DNA of 38,492 nucleotides, taken from IMG/VR virus record IMGVR_UViG_3300049485_000101, positions 1 to 38,492 of that record; one strand, written 5' to 3'. Positions 15,593-25,127 of the stretch are shown in pieces. Below the pieces are notes generated by a model. That model ran no database searches, was not told the origin of the DNA, and saw nothing but the letters and a program-made list of their open reading frames with translations. A program made the position numbers and the translations under genes. Numbering within the stretch: position 1 is the stretch's first letter; each line of letters begins with the position of its first letter. This DNA comes from a virus (lineage: Duplodnaviria; Caudoviricetes).

Positions 15593-18526
15593 TTATTTTT
15601 GTTTGTCTGATCTATTCGGAACTGTTCCAGCCCTCAAAACAGCTTGTCCAATGGCACTTTTCAAATAGTATTGTTCTTGAGTACTTAATTTAATTTTTGG
15701 ATTTTTGATTTTATCAATCACTGTATTTCTAAAAGTTTCTTCTGTCATGAGTTGATTAAATTTTCTCGATCCTAAAAATGTAGCAACAGTTTTAATTGGG
15801 TTAGTCTTTAAGGCCGCAATGAACATCATCATTCCAAGACTGTGCCCCGTTTTAGGCATAAACATAACATCAAGGGCGTGACTGTTCATCTGCCTCAGTT
15901 TTGAATAATCTAATAAAGATTTACGAACCTCTGGATCGGGAAATGTTTCCTCAAATTGTTTCTTGCCCATATTATCTATGAGTTGAGCAAGTTTTTTTGG
16001 ATCAACAATACCATCCTTATCAACAGAACCTCTTAAATAAGCATAACCAACAAGATTTTTTTGATCTTCTGGTAGCATACTAACAACACGTCTAACTTTT
16101 GAGGATGAGTCAGTTGTTTTGTTTGGGCTAATGATTTTTCTCGCTAATGCGTCTGCACTTTCACTTGGATCAGTGGCAATCTTATAGATAGGATCATTCT
16201 TCATAGCCTCATATTGTTTAGCATAATTAATTAATGATTGCCTCAATTGTGGATCACGAACAAGATTTTCAAATTGCCTTGTTCCAAGATTATTAACCAA
16301 TCGTGCTAATTCTGACGGTATGAGTTCTCCATTTTTATCAAAAGCATTTCTAAAATATCTATACGATAAAATGCTTTGTTTTTCTTTTGGTAAAAGGTCT
16401 TGGATTTTTTTAATATTTTTATACTGATCGAGAGATTTACTAGGTTTAATAATATCATTAACAATTTTCTCAGGATTTTCTTGAATTAATTTTTTATTGA
16501 TTTCTTTATCTAAGAAAGGAACATAATTTTCTCTATAATTTTTATTTGCACTTTCATGTAACTTTTGCAGTTCGGGAGAACCTTTTTTTACACTTCTATT
16601 AATATCAGTTTTGAGTGCCTTTGATACTTTTTCAAGATTGTTTGCAACCATTTGATCGATAGGATTAACAGATCTTTTTATTTTTTGGGATTTCTCATAC
16701 AGATCACTTGCAAAAATTTGAGCCTCAGAAAGTGTTGGAGTAGCACCTTTAAAAGAATAAACTCTTTTTCCTTTTTCATAGCGATCCCCTGCTTTTTCTG
16801 CTTCTAATGGTTCAGAAATTGGAGGTTTTTCTGCTTCTTTTGTAAACACATCAGTTGGGGTAAAGCCTTCTTCTGGCAATCGTGTGCCTTGTTTTTCAAG
16901 TGCAGAAGATTGAAACGATTGTTTCGGTTTAAAACTCACAATACCATTTGGTTGAAACATAAAAGATTCAGGAACACCACTTAATTTTCGAGTTCCTTCT
17001 AATTCTGGATGATCTGTTATGTATGATTCTGCATCTATAGTGCGTTCATCACGAATAGGGATTTCAGTATCGACGGGAGTTTTTTCTTTTTGAAAGACGT
17101 CTGTGCCAACACGTTTTTCTTTTAAACCTTCTCCAAAAGTCATGAATTTATTCATTTGACTTCTGAAACGTGGATCGTATTTATATAATGCGGAATCTTT
17201 AATAGATTTAGATATTCTCTTTACTTCTTTTCTGAATGAAGGAACACGCAATGAAAGATTTTCTTGTTCAGCTAATTTGTTTCGTTCAGAATAAATCTCA
17301 TTTTTAATATCTTTTTGAATAGATTTTGCTTCTTTCAATAAAGAATGGGTAATTTCATCTAGATCGCCACCATCTTTGATTTCTTTTGGCTTCAACGATT
17401 CAACAATTTCAGTACCTTCTGTTTTAAAAGGATCGCCTTTAGATTGAATGCTGAATTTTAGTGCGTCATTAGCACTCACATAATCTTCTACACCTTGAGG
17501 GGCAACTGATTCTAAAACTTGTCCAGATCTTTGCTCGACTTGTTTGCCAGCCTCTTGCAAGCCTTCATATCCACGACTGAAAGGCGTTCGACTTGAAACA
17601 TTTTGATAAAAATCAACAAGTGAAGGATTAACTACAATATTACCAAGTTGGGTATTTGTTCCTTCTGCGGCACGTTGATTGGCTTCAATTTCTTCAATTG
17701 GTACATTTTTTGCTTTCTTGGCAATGTAACTAGCTAACAAATCTTCGGCAGTTTTTACAGGGTGTAAAGCAGCCTTTCCTACTTTTGGAGCAACTTCTAC
17801 GGTTTTACCAATAATCTTTGGCGCACCAAATCCAAGCGCACCATGAATCGGGTCTGCGCCTTGACCAATGTTAAAGAGTGCGCCTTTAAATAAAGAGTCC
17901 AATAATCTTTTTTCGGGAAACATGGCATAAGATCCAATTTTGCCAAGCCCTTGAATTGCTTGATCACCAATTTCATCACGTCCAATGTAGCTTTTTGGAG
18001 ACATAGAAAGTGCTTCTTGTTCAAGTCCTGTTAAACCGAGTGGAACCTTTAATTTTGCAATGTTACCAAAAAGAGTTTCGTCAGGCGTCTCTCCAAATCC
18101 TTTGGCCATCTCAGGATTAATGCCTTTTTGAGACAATCCTAATCCCTTTTTATTCAAATAATCGGCCATCTCAGGAATAGTATTCCACATTCCTAGCATA
18201 CCTTTATTAGTGGCAATTGCTAGGTTTGTAGCGAGTCTTTGAGGATTTAAAAGTTGACCTGATCCTTCTGCGAGTGCAGGGATCGTTTCCGTGGCAATTT
18301 CTTTTCCAAATTTAGGAATACCACCAATACTTTTAAGAACATCAGAGAAAACACCTTGCCAACCTTGTGGTTTTTTTTCTTGTGGTTGTTTCTGTTGATC
18401 AGACTTTGAAATATTAAAATAATTTATAGCAGCCTTTGCAATTTGTTCGTCTGTCCAATCTTCTGGAACATCAAATTCTTCTGTTCTGCCGTCTGGAAGC
18501 TCTACTTCGCGCGTTATTTCTCTCAT
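15593..18526 (-). CDS. Large internal virion / DNA ejection protein (P22 gp16 position)
   Basis: 977 aa; N-terminal VELPDGR..EFDVP motif; third of three genes after the gp10-like hub; internal repeats. Confidence 0.7.
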   Translation of the reverse strand: MREITREVELPDGRTEEFDVPEDWTDEQIAKAAINYFNISKSDQQKQPQEKKPQGWQGVFSDVLKSIGGIPKFGKEIATETIPALAEGSGQLLNPQRLATNLAIATNKGMLGMWNTIPEMADYLNKKGLGLSQKGINPEMAKGFGETPDETLFGNIAKLKVPLGLTGLEQEALSMSPKSYIGRDEIGDQAIQGLGKIGSYAMFPEKRLLDSLFKGALFNIGQGADPIHGALGFGAPKIIGKTVEVAPKVGKAALHPVKTAEDLLASYIAKKAKNVPIEEIEANQRAAEGTNTQLGNIVVNPSLVDFYQNVSSRTPFSRGYEGLQEAGKQVEQRSGQVLESVAPQGVEDYVSANDALKFSIQSKGDPFKTEGTEIVESLKPKEIKDGGDLDEITHSLLKEAKSIQKDIKNEIYSERNKLAEQENLSLRVPSFRKEVKRISKSIKDSALYKYDPRFRSQMNKFMTFGEGLKEKRVGTDVFQKEKTPVDTEIPIRDERTIDAESYITDHPELEGTRKLSGVPESFMFQPNGIVSFKPKQSFQSSALEKQGTRLPEEGFTPTDVFTKEAEKPPISEPLEAEKAGDRYEKGKRVYSFKGATPTLSEAQIFASDLYEKSQKIKRSVNPIDQMVANNLEKVSKALKTDINRSVKKGSPELQKLHESANKNYRENYVPFLDKEINKKLIQENPEKIVNDIIKPSKSLDQYKNIKKIQDLLPKEKQSILSYRYFRNAFDKNGELIPSELARLVNNLGTRQFENLVRDPQLRQSLINYAKQYEAMKNDPIYKIATDPSESADALARKIISPNKTTDSSSKVRRVVSMLPEDQKNLVGYAYLRGSVDKDGIVDPKKLAQLIDNMGKKQFEETFPDPEVRKSLLDYSKLRQMNSHALDVMFMPKTGHSLGMMMFIAALKTNPIKTVATFLGSRKFNQLMTEETFRNTVIDKIKNPKIKLSTQEQYYLKSAIGQAVLRAGTVPNRSDKQK

Positions 18527-19617
18527 AAAAAATCTTTCAACTTAATTTTAGGCTTTTTATTGGAACCAGATTCACCAAGTGCCTCTTTTTTTATTTGAGA
18601 AGGGCTTTGAAAATAAGTGGATGTTTCTTTTCTTAAAATATCAACGATTGAATTGTAGTTTGATAAAGCCAAATCAGGATTACTAATCCAACCAGACGGG
18701 TCTGTTAATTTTTCTAACTTTTCCCTCATAGAGGGTTGAATGGATTCTCCATAGAACTGTCTAACTTGAGTGGCAAACATATGAGCCTTATTAAACATAT
18801 TAGACCATGAATCATATTCGGAAGATTCCTGTCCAAAAGGTGCTTTAACTTGTTCCCAGTATCTTTTCAATCCATTCGCACCAGAATATTGTGTCAAAAT
18901 CTTTGGATCGATTGAATTGATAGTTTTTTCAATATTTGCAGCATATCTACGTCGTTGGATTATTTGTGTCTGTTCAGATTCTTTCTCAAGTTTTGCTTCA
19001 TATTGAGATCGCAATTCATTCTGTTTATCTTCGGAGATTAGTTGTTTTTTTCCAGTACCAGGCATGAAACCAGAATTAATGTCATCAAGGTCTGTATTGA
19101 GTTTGGTCATAGTGGGAGAAATGGCATACTGTCTGGTATCGGCATAAATTTTTCTTTGATTTTGTATGCTTTGTTTATTTGCAATATTTGTTTCAAAAGA
19201 TCGACGTAAATCTTTAGCAAAATTCCTAGCAATAGGATCAGTACTCTGTTCAGCCTCATAAATTGACTGCAATACACCTGCATCACCAGGCGCAATGTGT
19301 TGCAAAAATCCAAGTGGAGAATTTTGTAATCTTTTATTTGTCTCAATTTTCTGCAAATAATCTTGAGTTTGTGCTTGTTTTAAACCACTTTCAATTGGAA
19401 GTAATTCCTTCATACGTTCCATTTGAGATTCTTTTGATTTAATTTCCATTTGCTTGAAGGCATTGGCGATCTTCGCTGTCTCAGATTCCTGTGCAAATTT
19501 CTCAGGCATTTTGTACAGACTATATGCTTGAGCCATTTTTTGGCCTAAGTCATCTGGGAAAACCTTAGTTGGTTCAAGTATTTGTGCGTTTAAAAAGTTA
19601 ATCGGTTGAAATGGCAT
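18523..19617 (-). CDS. DNA ejection protein (P22 gp20 position)
   Basis: 364 aa, Gln-rich helical; synteny. Confidence 0.6.
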   Translation of the reverse strand: MPFQPINFLNAQILEPTKVFPDDLGQKMAQAYSLYKMPEKFAQESETAKIANAFKQMEIKSKESQMERMKELLPIESGLKQAQTQDYLQKIETNKRLQNSPLGFLQHIAPGDAGVLQSIYEAEQSTDPIARNFAKDLRRSFETNIANKQSIQNQRKIYADTRQYAISPTMTKLNTDLDDINSGFMPGTGKKQLISEDKQNELRSQYEAKLEKESEQTQIIQRRRYAANIEKTINSIDPKILTQYSGANGLKRYWEQVKAPFGQESSEYDSWSNMFNKAHMFATQVRQFYGESIQPSMREKLEKLTDPSGWISNPDLALSNYNSIVDILRKETSTYFQSPSQIKKEALGESGSNKKPKIKLKDFL

Positions 19618-19629
19618 AATTTAAAATCC

Positions 19630-20313
19630 TTAACCAAAGAATGACGATCCAATACTTCCACCAGCCAATGCACCCCATGGTCCAGCCGTTGCGCCAAGTC
19701 CTGCTCCCGCTAACGATCCCGCTAATTTCTTAAAAAATTGTTCATTTGCTTGTTGTTGTTTTCTTTTTTCAAGTTGTTGTTGATAGGCAAGCGTTCCTTG
19801 TGAGCCATACACATTTCCTAAATCTTCTGCTCCTTGAAAGCCAGTATCATAAAAATGGCTAAGTCCTTCTAATCCTTTTCCTTGCAGTCCCATGGCATTT
19901 CTTAACCATTGTTGCATATCTTCGCCCATCAATTCATTTGATAAATGTTGTTGTCCTTGTATATCTTGCATGCTTCCTCGCATACCACCTGCTGCCGCGG
20001 TATTTGCGGCTGCTTGTAATGCGGCATCACGTTTTTGTTTAAAAGCAGAAGATTGCTGATAACCACCCATCAGGGATTCAAGATAACCTGCTGGATCAGA
20101 GGCCATTTGAGAATAAATAGGATTTAATTGTCCGTATGCTTGTTGTCCTTGTTGCATATATGGATCAAACAATTTGCTTGCTTTTTCAAGATACGGCATG
20201 GCAGCGTTTTGATTATCTCGAAAAAAGACTGACTTCATCAAATCTTTTGCTTGTGAAAACATATCTTTATATTTTTCTGGATTCTGTGCTAAAGATTCAA
20301 ATGGACTTGGCAT
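19630..20313 (-). CDS. DNA ejection/pilot protein (P22 gp7-like)
   Basis: PYMQQGQQAY, YQQS..F, AAAGGMRGS, Gly/Ala-rich C-terminus. Confidence 0.75.
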   Translation of the reverse strand: MPSPFESLAQNPEKYKDMFSQAKDLMKSVFFRDNQNAAMPYLEKASKLFDPYMQQGQQAYGQLNPIYSQMASDPAGYLESLMGGYQQSSAFKQKRDAALQAAANTAAAGGMRGSMQDIQGQQHLSNELMGEDMQQWLRNAMGLQGKGLEGLSHFYDTGFQGAEDLGNVYGSQGTLAYQQQLEKRKQQQANEQFFKKLAGSLAGAGLGATAGPWGALAGGSIGSSFFG

Positions 20314-20324
20314 ATATTTTTCTC

Positions 20325-20663
20325 CTATGGCGCACTCGTAATAGTCTCGATGACATTATTATCCGATTTAAATTTTAATTTCTTTACAGTTTTATCATAG
20401 AATATTGTACCATTAGGTATGGTATTATTGCTACCAAATGCTGTTATTTCTGGTGTTGTGAACGAAGGTGGTACAAGTCCATTCAGTGTTATATTTTGCG
20501 TATTGTTGTCAATGACTGTAACTGTAATCTGATTAAATACAGTATTCAGTGAATTTAAATCCCTCCACAATTCATCATTATACAAATAACTCGCATTGGT
20601 CATTTTGCCATCTTTGTCTGTATACTGCATATTATAGAACGGTGGCAATTTTGGGATTGGCAT
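20325..20663 (-). CDS. Putative small virion protein
   Basis: GAAGGA RBS before ATG 20663; P.FTT.EI...NGTIFYD.T..KLK motif common in phage tail proteins. Confidence 0.6.
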   Translation of the reverse strand: MPIPKLPPFYNMQYTDKDGKMTNASYLYNDELWRDLNSLNTVFNQITVTVIDNNTQNITLNGLVPPSFTTPEITAFGSNNTIPNGTIFYDKTVKKLKFKSDNNVIETITSAP

Positions 20664-20664
20664 G

Positions 20665-20907
20665 TCAATGAATTTCCTTCTCAAATTTAAGTAGATCATT
20701 TTTAATTTGATTAAGCATGGATTGAACATTCCTTTCTCGTATACCAAGCCAGTTAGCCAAAGTCATTCGTGTGATCTTCCTTTTCTTTTCTTCACAACAA
20801 AGGTATTTGTCGATTATGAATTGTACACATTTTTTTTGGTCTTTATCATTCATATTATAGATTAGAACCGATCTAGCCGACTTTGAAACGTGCAATGTTT
20901 TCATCAA
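20665..20907 (-). CDS. Small HTH-like protein inside the tail operon
   Basis: ITRMTLANWLGIRERNVQSML; ATGA overlap with the hub gene stop. Confidence 0.55.
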   Translation of the reverse strand: MMKTLHVSKSARSVLIYNMNDKDQKKCVQFIIDKYLCCEEKKRKITRMTLANWLGIRERNVQSMLNQIKNDLLKFEKEIH

Positions 20908-22376
20908 AAAATCTGCAATACTCCACCATTTACGACAAAACGATTGAAACCAAAAAATCGCAACTGGATCGTAAATTCGTTACAATTACCACCCATTCTT
21001 TGCCAACGTAGACGGTTTCTGAATTTACCTATCGGATTCAATTCCTTGCTTACGACACTTGAAAAACTCTGGTTGCCATCCTTGGAAAAAGACATATCAA
21101 CACGAGGTGTTAAAGTTTGCGTGGTAGGCATACCCTGTTCGATGTAAAAACCAAACTCGCCAAGCCTAAAAGGCTCTGAATTTTTCTGTCGAACAGTGTT
21201 ACAAATTCTAATACGTGGAATTTCAAATCCATAATCACCTACCAATGTTTTATAGTCTGCGCTCACCAGATCGGTATCCATTAAAAATATTGAGCCATGA
21301 TTTAATGATATGAAGTATGTTTTTTCATGAAAGAACACGACGTGGGTGGCAGGATGGTAGTTCAGATTCTCGTCTGTCGCATGGAAGAATGATTGTGTAT
21401 TAAAATCGTACACAAGGGTTAAATTGTCTGTTGGATCGTAGAAAGTCAGTTGATAAAACAAGTGTCCGTCTTGTCGATAAAAGAATGCGGTCGATTTCTC
21501 AGGGAAATTGATTCTACTTAGGACATTATCAATCCCATCACTACTGATACGATTGATGCTTGATCCGTCTGTCATCATGATAAAAGGTGCGTTGTTTTCA
21601 TTTTGAGCCAAATAACAAAGATACTGTTCACTCGCCGCAATTGTTGAGACATTTACGACACCGCTATCAATATTGAAACTTGACACACGCCTGTAGTTTG
21701 CGGCCTCTCCAACGTGTTGCCACACCTCGCCAACCGTGTTGCCAAGAACCAACACATTGTTGCCCTTACCAGGCAAGCGATGTACAGCAAGTGCAAAGTC
21801 AGGTTTAGTTTGCAATGTGAATTGTGAACCTGTTACAAATTCGATCTCGTTGTCATTTTTAAATTGAAACGCATACCAAGTTTGTGGAAACTGGCTGTTT
21901 TTTGTTGAACTGATTAAAAAGAATGTATTGTGATAACTGACATAGTTTGGAATAACATCATAGGAACCAACTGTTAATGTTTGTGGAGTCAACAATCCTG
22001 TTACATAGCTATAAATGTAAGCTTTTTTTCCATCAACAATACAAATTTGTTGGCTTAAATTTTCGTCCATAAACACATCGCCACTTCCAGGTTCAAGTGC
22101 TACTGGAATAGTGTCAAAAGAAAAATCAGGATTAATTTTGAAAACATTTGAAGATATGACGACTAAAAGAAAATTACCTCGAACAGAGTTAAAAATCCCT
22201 CGTCCTACACCACTTGTCAGAATATCAAGCACATTTTTGTATCCAGAATAATTGATAAGCCATCCATCAGAAGAAAACATGTTCAGAGTTTTTTCTGCGC
22301 TAATCTTTGGATAACGTCCGAACTTTGAACTACCTACAACCTGAATTTCTACTTCATTACCGTTTTCAATCGCCAT
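20904..22376 (-). CDS. Tail hub / DNA stabilisation protein (P22 gp10-like)
   Basis: 490 aa beta-rich; YRQDGHLFYQLTF, TLVYD, SFSKDG..F, G.FRNRLRW.RMG. Confidence 0.88.
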   Translation of the reverse strand: MAIENGNEVEIQVVGSSKFGRYPKISAEKTLNMFSSDGWLINYSGYKNVLDILTSGVGRGIFNSVRGNFLLVVISSNVFKINPDFSFDTIPVALEPGSGDVFMDENLSQQICIVDGKKAYIYSYVTGLLTPQTLTVGSYDVIPNYVSYHNTFFLISSTKNSQFPQTWYAFQFKNDNEIEFVTGSQFTLQTKPDFALAVHRLPGKGNNVLVLGNTVGEVWQHVGEAANYRRVSSFNIDSGVVNVSTIAASEQYLCYLAQNENNAPFIMMTDGSSINRISSDGIDNVLSRINFPEKSTAFFYRQDGHLFYQLTFYDPTDNLTLVYDFNTQSFFHATDENLNYHPATHVVFFHEKTYFISLNHGSIFLMDTDLVSADYKTLVGDYGFEIPRIRICNTVRQKNSEPFRLGEFGFYIEQGMPTTQTLTPRVDMSFSKDGNQSFSSVVSKELNPIGKFRNRLRWQRMGGNCNEFTIQLRFFGFNRFVVNGGVLQIF

Positions 22377-22479
22377 AAATGTTTTATTTTCTATTAATTA
22401 ATTCATTTATTTTACCATAAATTGTGAAAACTTTAAATTTGTAGTAATATTAATTTAATTTACAGGAATAAAATAATAT

Positions 22480-24666
22480 ATGGCTATTGATACAAGATTT
22501 GTAACAACAAGCGACTTGGAGAGTTTGTTTAGAAGCAAAGATACAGCTCTACCTTTGGCAAATGGTCGCCTTGAATTTTTCAAAGACACGGCAAGAAATG
22601 TGCCAAAAAATGTCTATCAATTTTCAAGTTTGTCTGCTGATCCCTATATAGATATAGGTAGTGTCGTCACACTTAGCGCAATCGGTACACCGCAAAACAA
22701 CAATGGAGATAATATTGTTATTTATTATCTCCCTCTTAATGACACACAGACTGAACGTGAACTTTATTTTGTTCGAGTTTTTGACCAAAATGGAAACGAA
22801 CAATTTACACGTGAAGCTTGGCCTAATCCTACTTCGACATCTTCGCCAGAGCCAGTTAATTCATTAAATACCATAACAAATCAGATATCAAATCCAACAT
22901 TTTCACAAACATTCCTGAATACAGGAATAAATATTTTTTCTTTTAATGCTGCTGTAAATAAAGAGATTTCTATCGCACCAGACTGGACATTGATCGTGAG
23001 TGGTACTGGTGATATTCAGATCACTTCTGAATCTGTTGCAGGTTCCGATAATGTTCCGACAAGTCCACCGTCAGATTTATTATTTACAATAGGGTCTGGC
23101 ATTACTTCATGTAGTTTGAGACAACGATTTTCTAAAAATTCAGGTCTTTGGACAAGCACAAATTCATACCCATTATTTTTGATTGGTTCTTTTGTAGCTC
23201 GTAATTTAAATATTGCTCCAGTTCAAATTACCATGAATTACGTTGGATCAGTTACAAAACAAATTGTGAATGCAAATCCAGTCAATACAAATTACGATTT
23301 ATTTAAAGCTGTTTCACAGCAAATACCATTTTCAACCGATCCAGATACAAATGGATATGTAGATATTGTTCTAAACTTTCCCCTGAATAGTTCTTTTAAA
23401 ATTTCTTCTATAAATGTTTTTCCATCAACAGTTTCACCAGAAACAATCATTCCTGCATTTGATTCCACAAACAGAAATGTTGATTACCAAGGAAATTATT
23501 TCATTCCGAGATTATCTGAACAGAGAGTTCCAAGTCATTTGGTTGGTTGGGATTTTACGTTAAATCCGAATCAATTTGGTCAAATTGTTCCTTTAACAAC
23601 AAATCCACAATATGTATGTGATCAAACTATTGCAGTCAAAACACAGGCCCCTGTTATAAATAAAACAATCAACAATCTGTTGAACGGCATACAATTTGAT
23701 TCTTTTGGCACTAACTCATTTTACATAATGCAATATTTAAGTGCAGAAAAAGCGAAAGAACTTGTAGGTTCAAATTTATCTGTAAATGTTTTTGCTTATA
23801 AAGGTGAAGGACAAGATGAAGTCACGATGAGAGTGTATCTTTTTGCAGGTAAAACAAACTTTGATTTTCCTATATTACCAAATTCAATCATCACGTTAAA
23901 TAATGATGGTACATATTCATCTATTAATGATGCAACTTTTACAGAAATACCTAGATCAAATTTACCTACTGCAAAGGCAAGTTTAGATGATAACACTATA
24001 ATCGAACTGCAAAATCAGACACATGCAGATCATAAATTTATTGGTTGGAATTTAAGTGAAGCACAAGCAACTGATATGAGAAAGTTCGCAATCGTCGTCA
24101 CTTTCGTCACTCCTGCAACTCCATGTAATATTGTAATAAACTCAATCTCATTAAATAGCGGTGATATCCCAACACGTCCTGCACCTCAGACACAGGATGA
24201 AGTTTTGAGGGAGTGTGAGTATTATTATGAAAAAAGCTATTTAAAAGACGTTTTACCAGGAACAGTAACAACAGAAAATTCTTTCGTCAGAACGCAAACT
24301 ATTTTTCCAAGGGATGCTAATACATCAACAGTAAATCGCGTTCTTGTTCCATCTACTTTCGATCTACATTATAACTCAGAAAAAAGAGTAATTCCAAATC
24401 TGAATCTATATGATCCTGTAAATGGTGCTATTAATACAGTATTCAATGCCATTTCAAATGATGGTACTCCAATTGTACCACCTACAATTCCAAGTGATGC
24501 ACATAGACCAACATCATTTTGGACATTTACGACAAGCAAAAAAGGTACATGGGCAATTAGAAATAGTATGAATCAATTACAGACTATTGTCGCACCAGAT
24601 CAAGGTTTAGATGGATTTATACAATTTCATTATACGTGCGACGCAAGAATTGGAATCATTAATTAA
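22480..24666 (+). CDS. Tail fibre/spike with P22-like head-binding N-terminus
   Basis: LPLANGRLEFF...YFVRVFDQNGNEQF N-terminus; EVLRECEYYYEKSY fibre motif near the C-terminus. Confidence 0.75.
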   Translation: MAIDTRFVTTSDLESLFRSKDTALPLANGRLEFFKDTARNVPKNVYQFSSLSADPYIDIGSVVTLSAIGTPQNNNGDNIVIYYLPLNDTQTERELYFVRVFDQNGNEQFTREAWPNPTSTSSPEPVNSLNTITNQISNPTFSQTFLNTGINIFSFNAAVNKEISIAPDWTLIVSGTGDIQITSESVAGSDNVPTSPPSDLLFTIGSGITSCSLRQRFSKNSGLWTSTNSYPLFLIGSFVARNLNIAPVQITMNYVGSVTKQIVNANPVNTNYDLFKAVSQQIPFSTDPDTNGYVDIVLNFPLNSSFKISSINVFPSTVSPETIIPAFDSTNRNVDYQGNYFIPRLSEQRVPSHLVGWDFTLNPNQFGQIVPLTTNPQYVCDQTIAVKTQAPVINKTINNLLNGIQFDSFGTNSFYIMQYLSAEKAKELVGSNLSVNVFAYKGEGQDEVTMRVYLFAGKTNFDFPILPNSIITLNNDGTYSSINDATFTEIPRSNLPTAKASLDDNTIIELQNQTHADHKFIGWNLSEAQATDMRKFAIVVTFVTPATPCNIVINSISLNSGDIPTRPAPQTQDEVLRECEYYYEKSYLKDVLPGTVTTENSFVRTQTIFPRDANTSTVNRVLVPSTFDLHYNSEKRVIPNLNLYDPVNGAINTVFNAISNDGTPIVPPTIPSDAHRPTSFWTFTTSKKGTWAIRNSMNQLQTIVAPDQGLDGFIQFHYTCDARIGIIN

Positions 24667-24679
24667 AAAAGGAAAAAAA

Positions 24680-25030
24680 ATGGTATCTCCATATTTAGCA
24701 CAACAGACAGTAGACGACTTTGGTCACAGATTCTCAGATATAAAATTTAGTGTTGATCTTGATCCGTCAACAAATACAATTTTAACAATTCCCGATGATT
24801 CCAAACGATATAAAATGGTCATAAAAGCATTTCCTTTCGATGGATTTGTGTGGGTTGCACTTAATGCAACGGCAACACCACCATCAGGAAATTCTTTTGC
24901 AAGCACATCTTCCGAGTGCTTGAGTTTATTTGTAACATGTAGGGAAGTTGTAGCTGGAGATCAGATTAACTTTTTTTCAACAAATGTAAATCCACAAGCC
25001 GTTAGCGTCGTACTTTATTCTTTGCTTTGA
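24680..25030 (+). CDS. Putative small virion protein
   Basis: AAAGGA RBS; beta-rich, VWVALNATATPP. Confidence 0.6.
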   Translation: MVSPYLAQQTVDDFGHRFSDIKFSVDLDPSTNTILTIPDDSKRYKMVIKAFPFDGFVWVALNATATPPSGNSFASTSSECLSLFVTCREVVAGDQINFFSTNVNPQAVSVVLYSLL

Positions 25031-25127
25031 TTTAAAATTGTCAATATATTTTTAAAATTCAAAAAAAAATGTTAATATAAAATAAAATAAGTCAAACGTC
25101 ACAAAATTTTCATGGAAGAAAATAATA

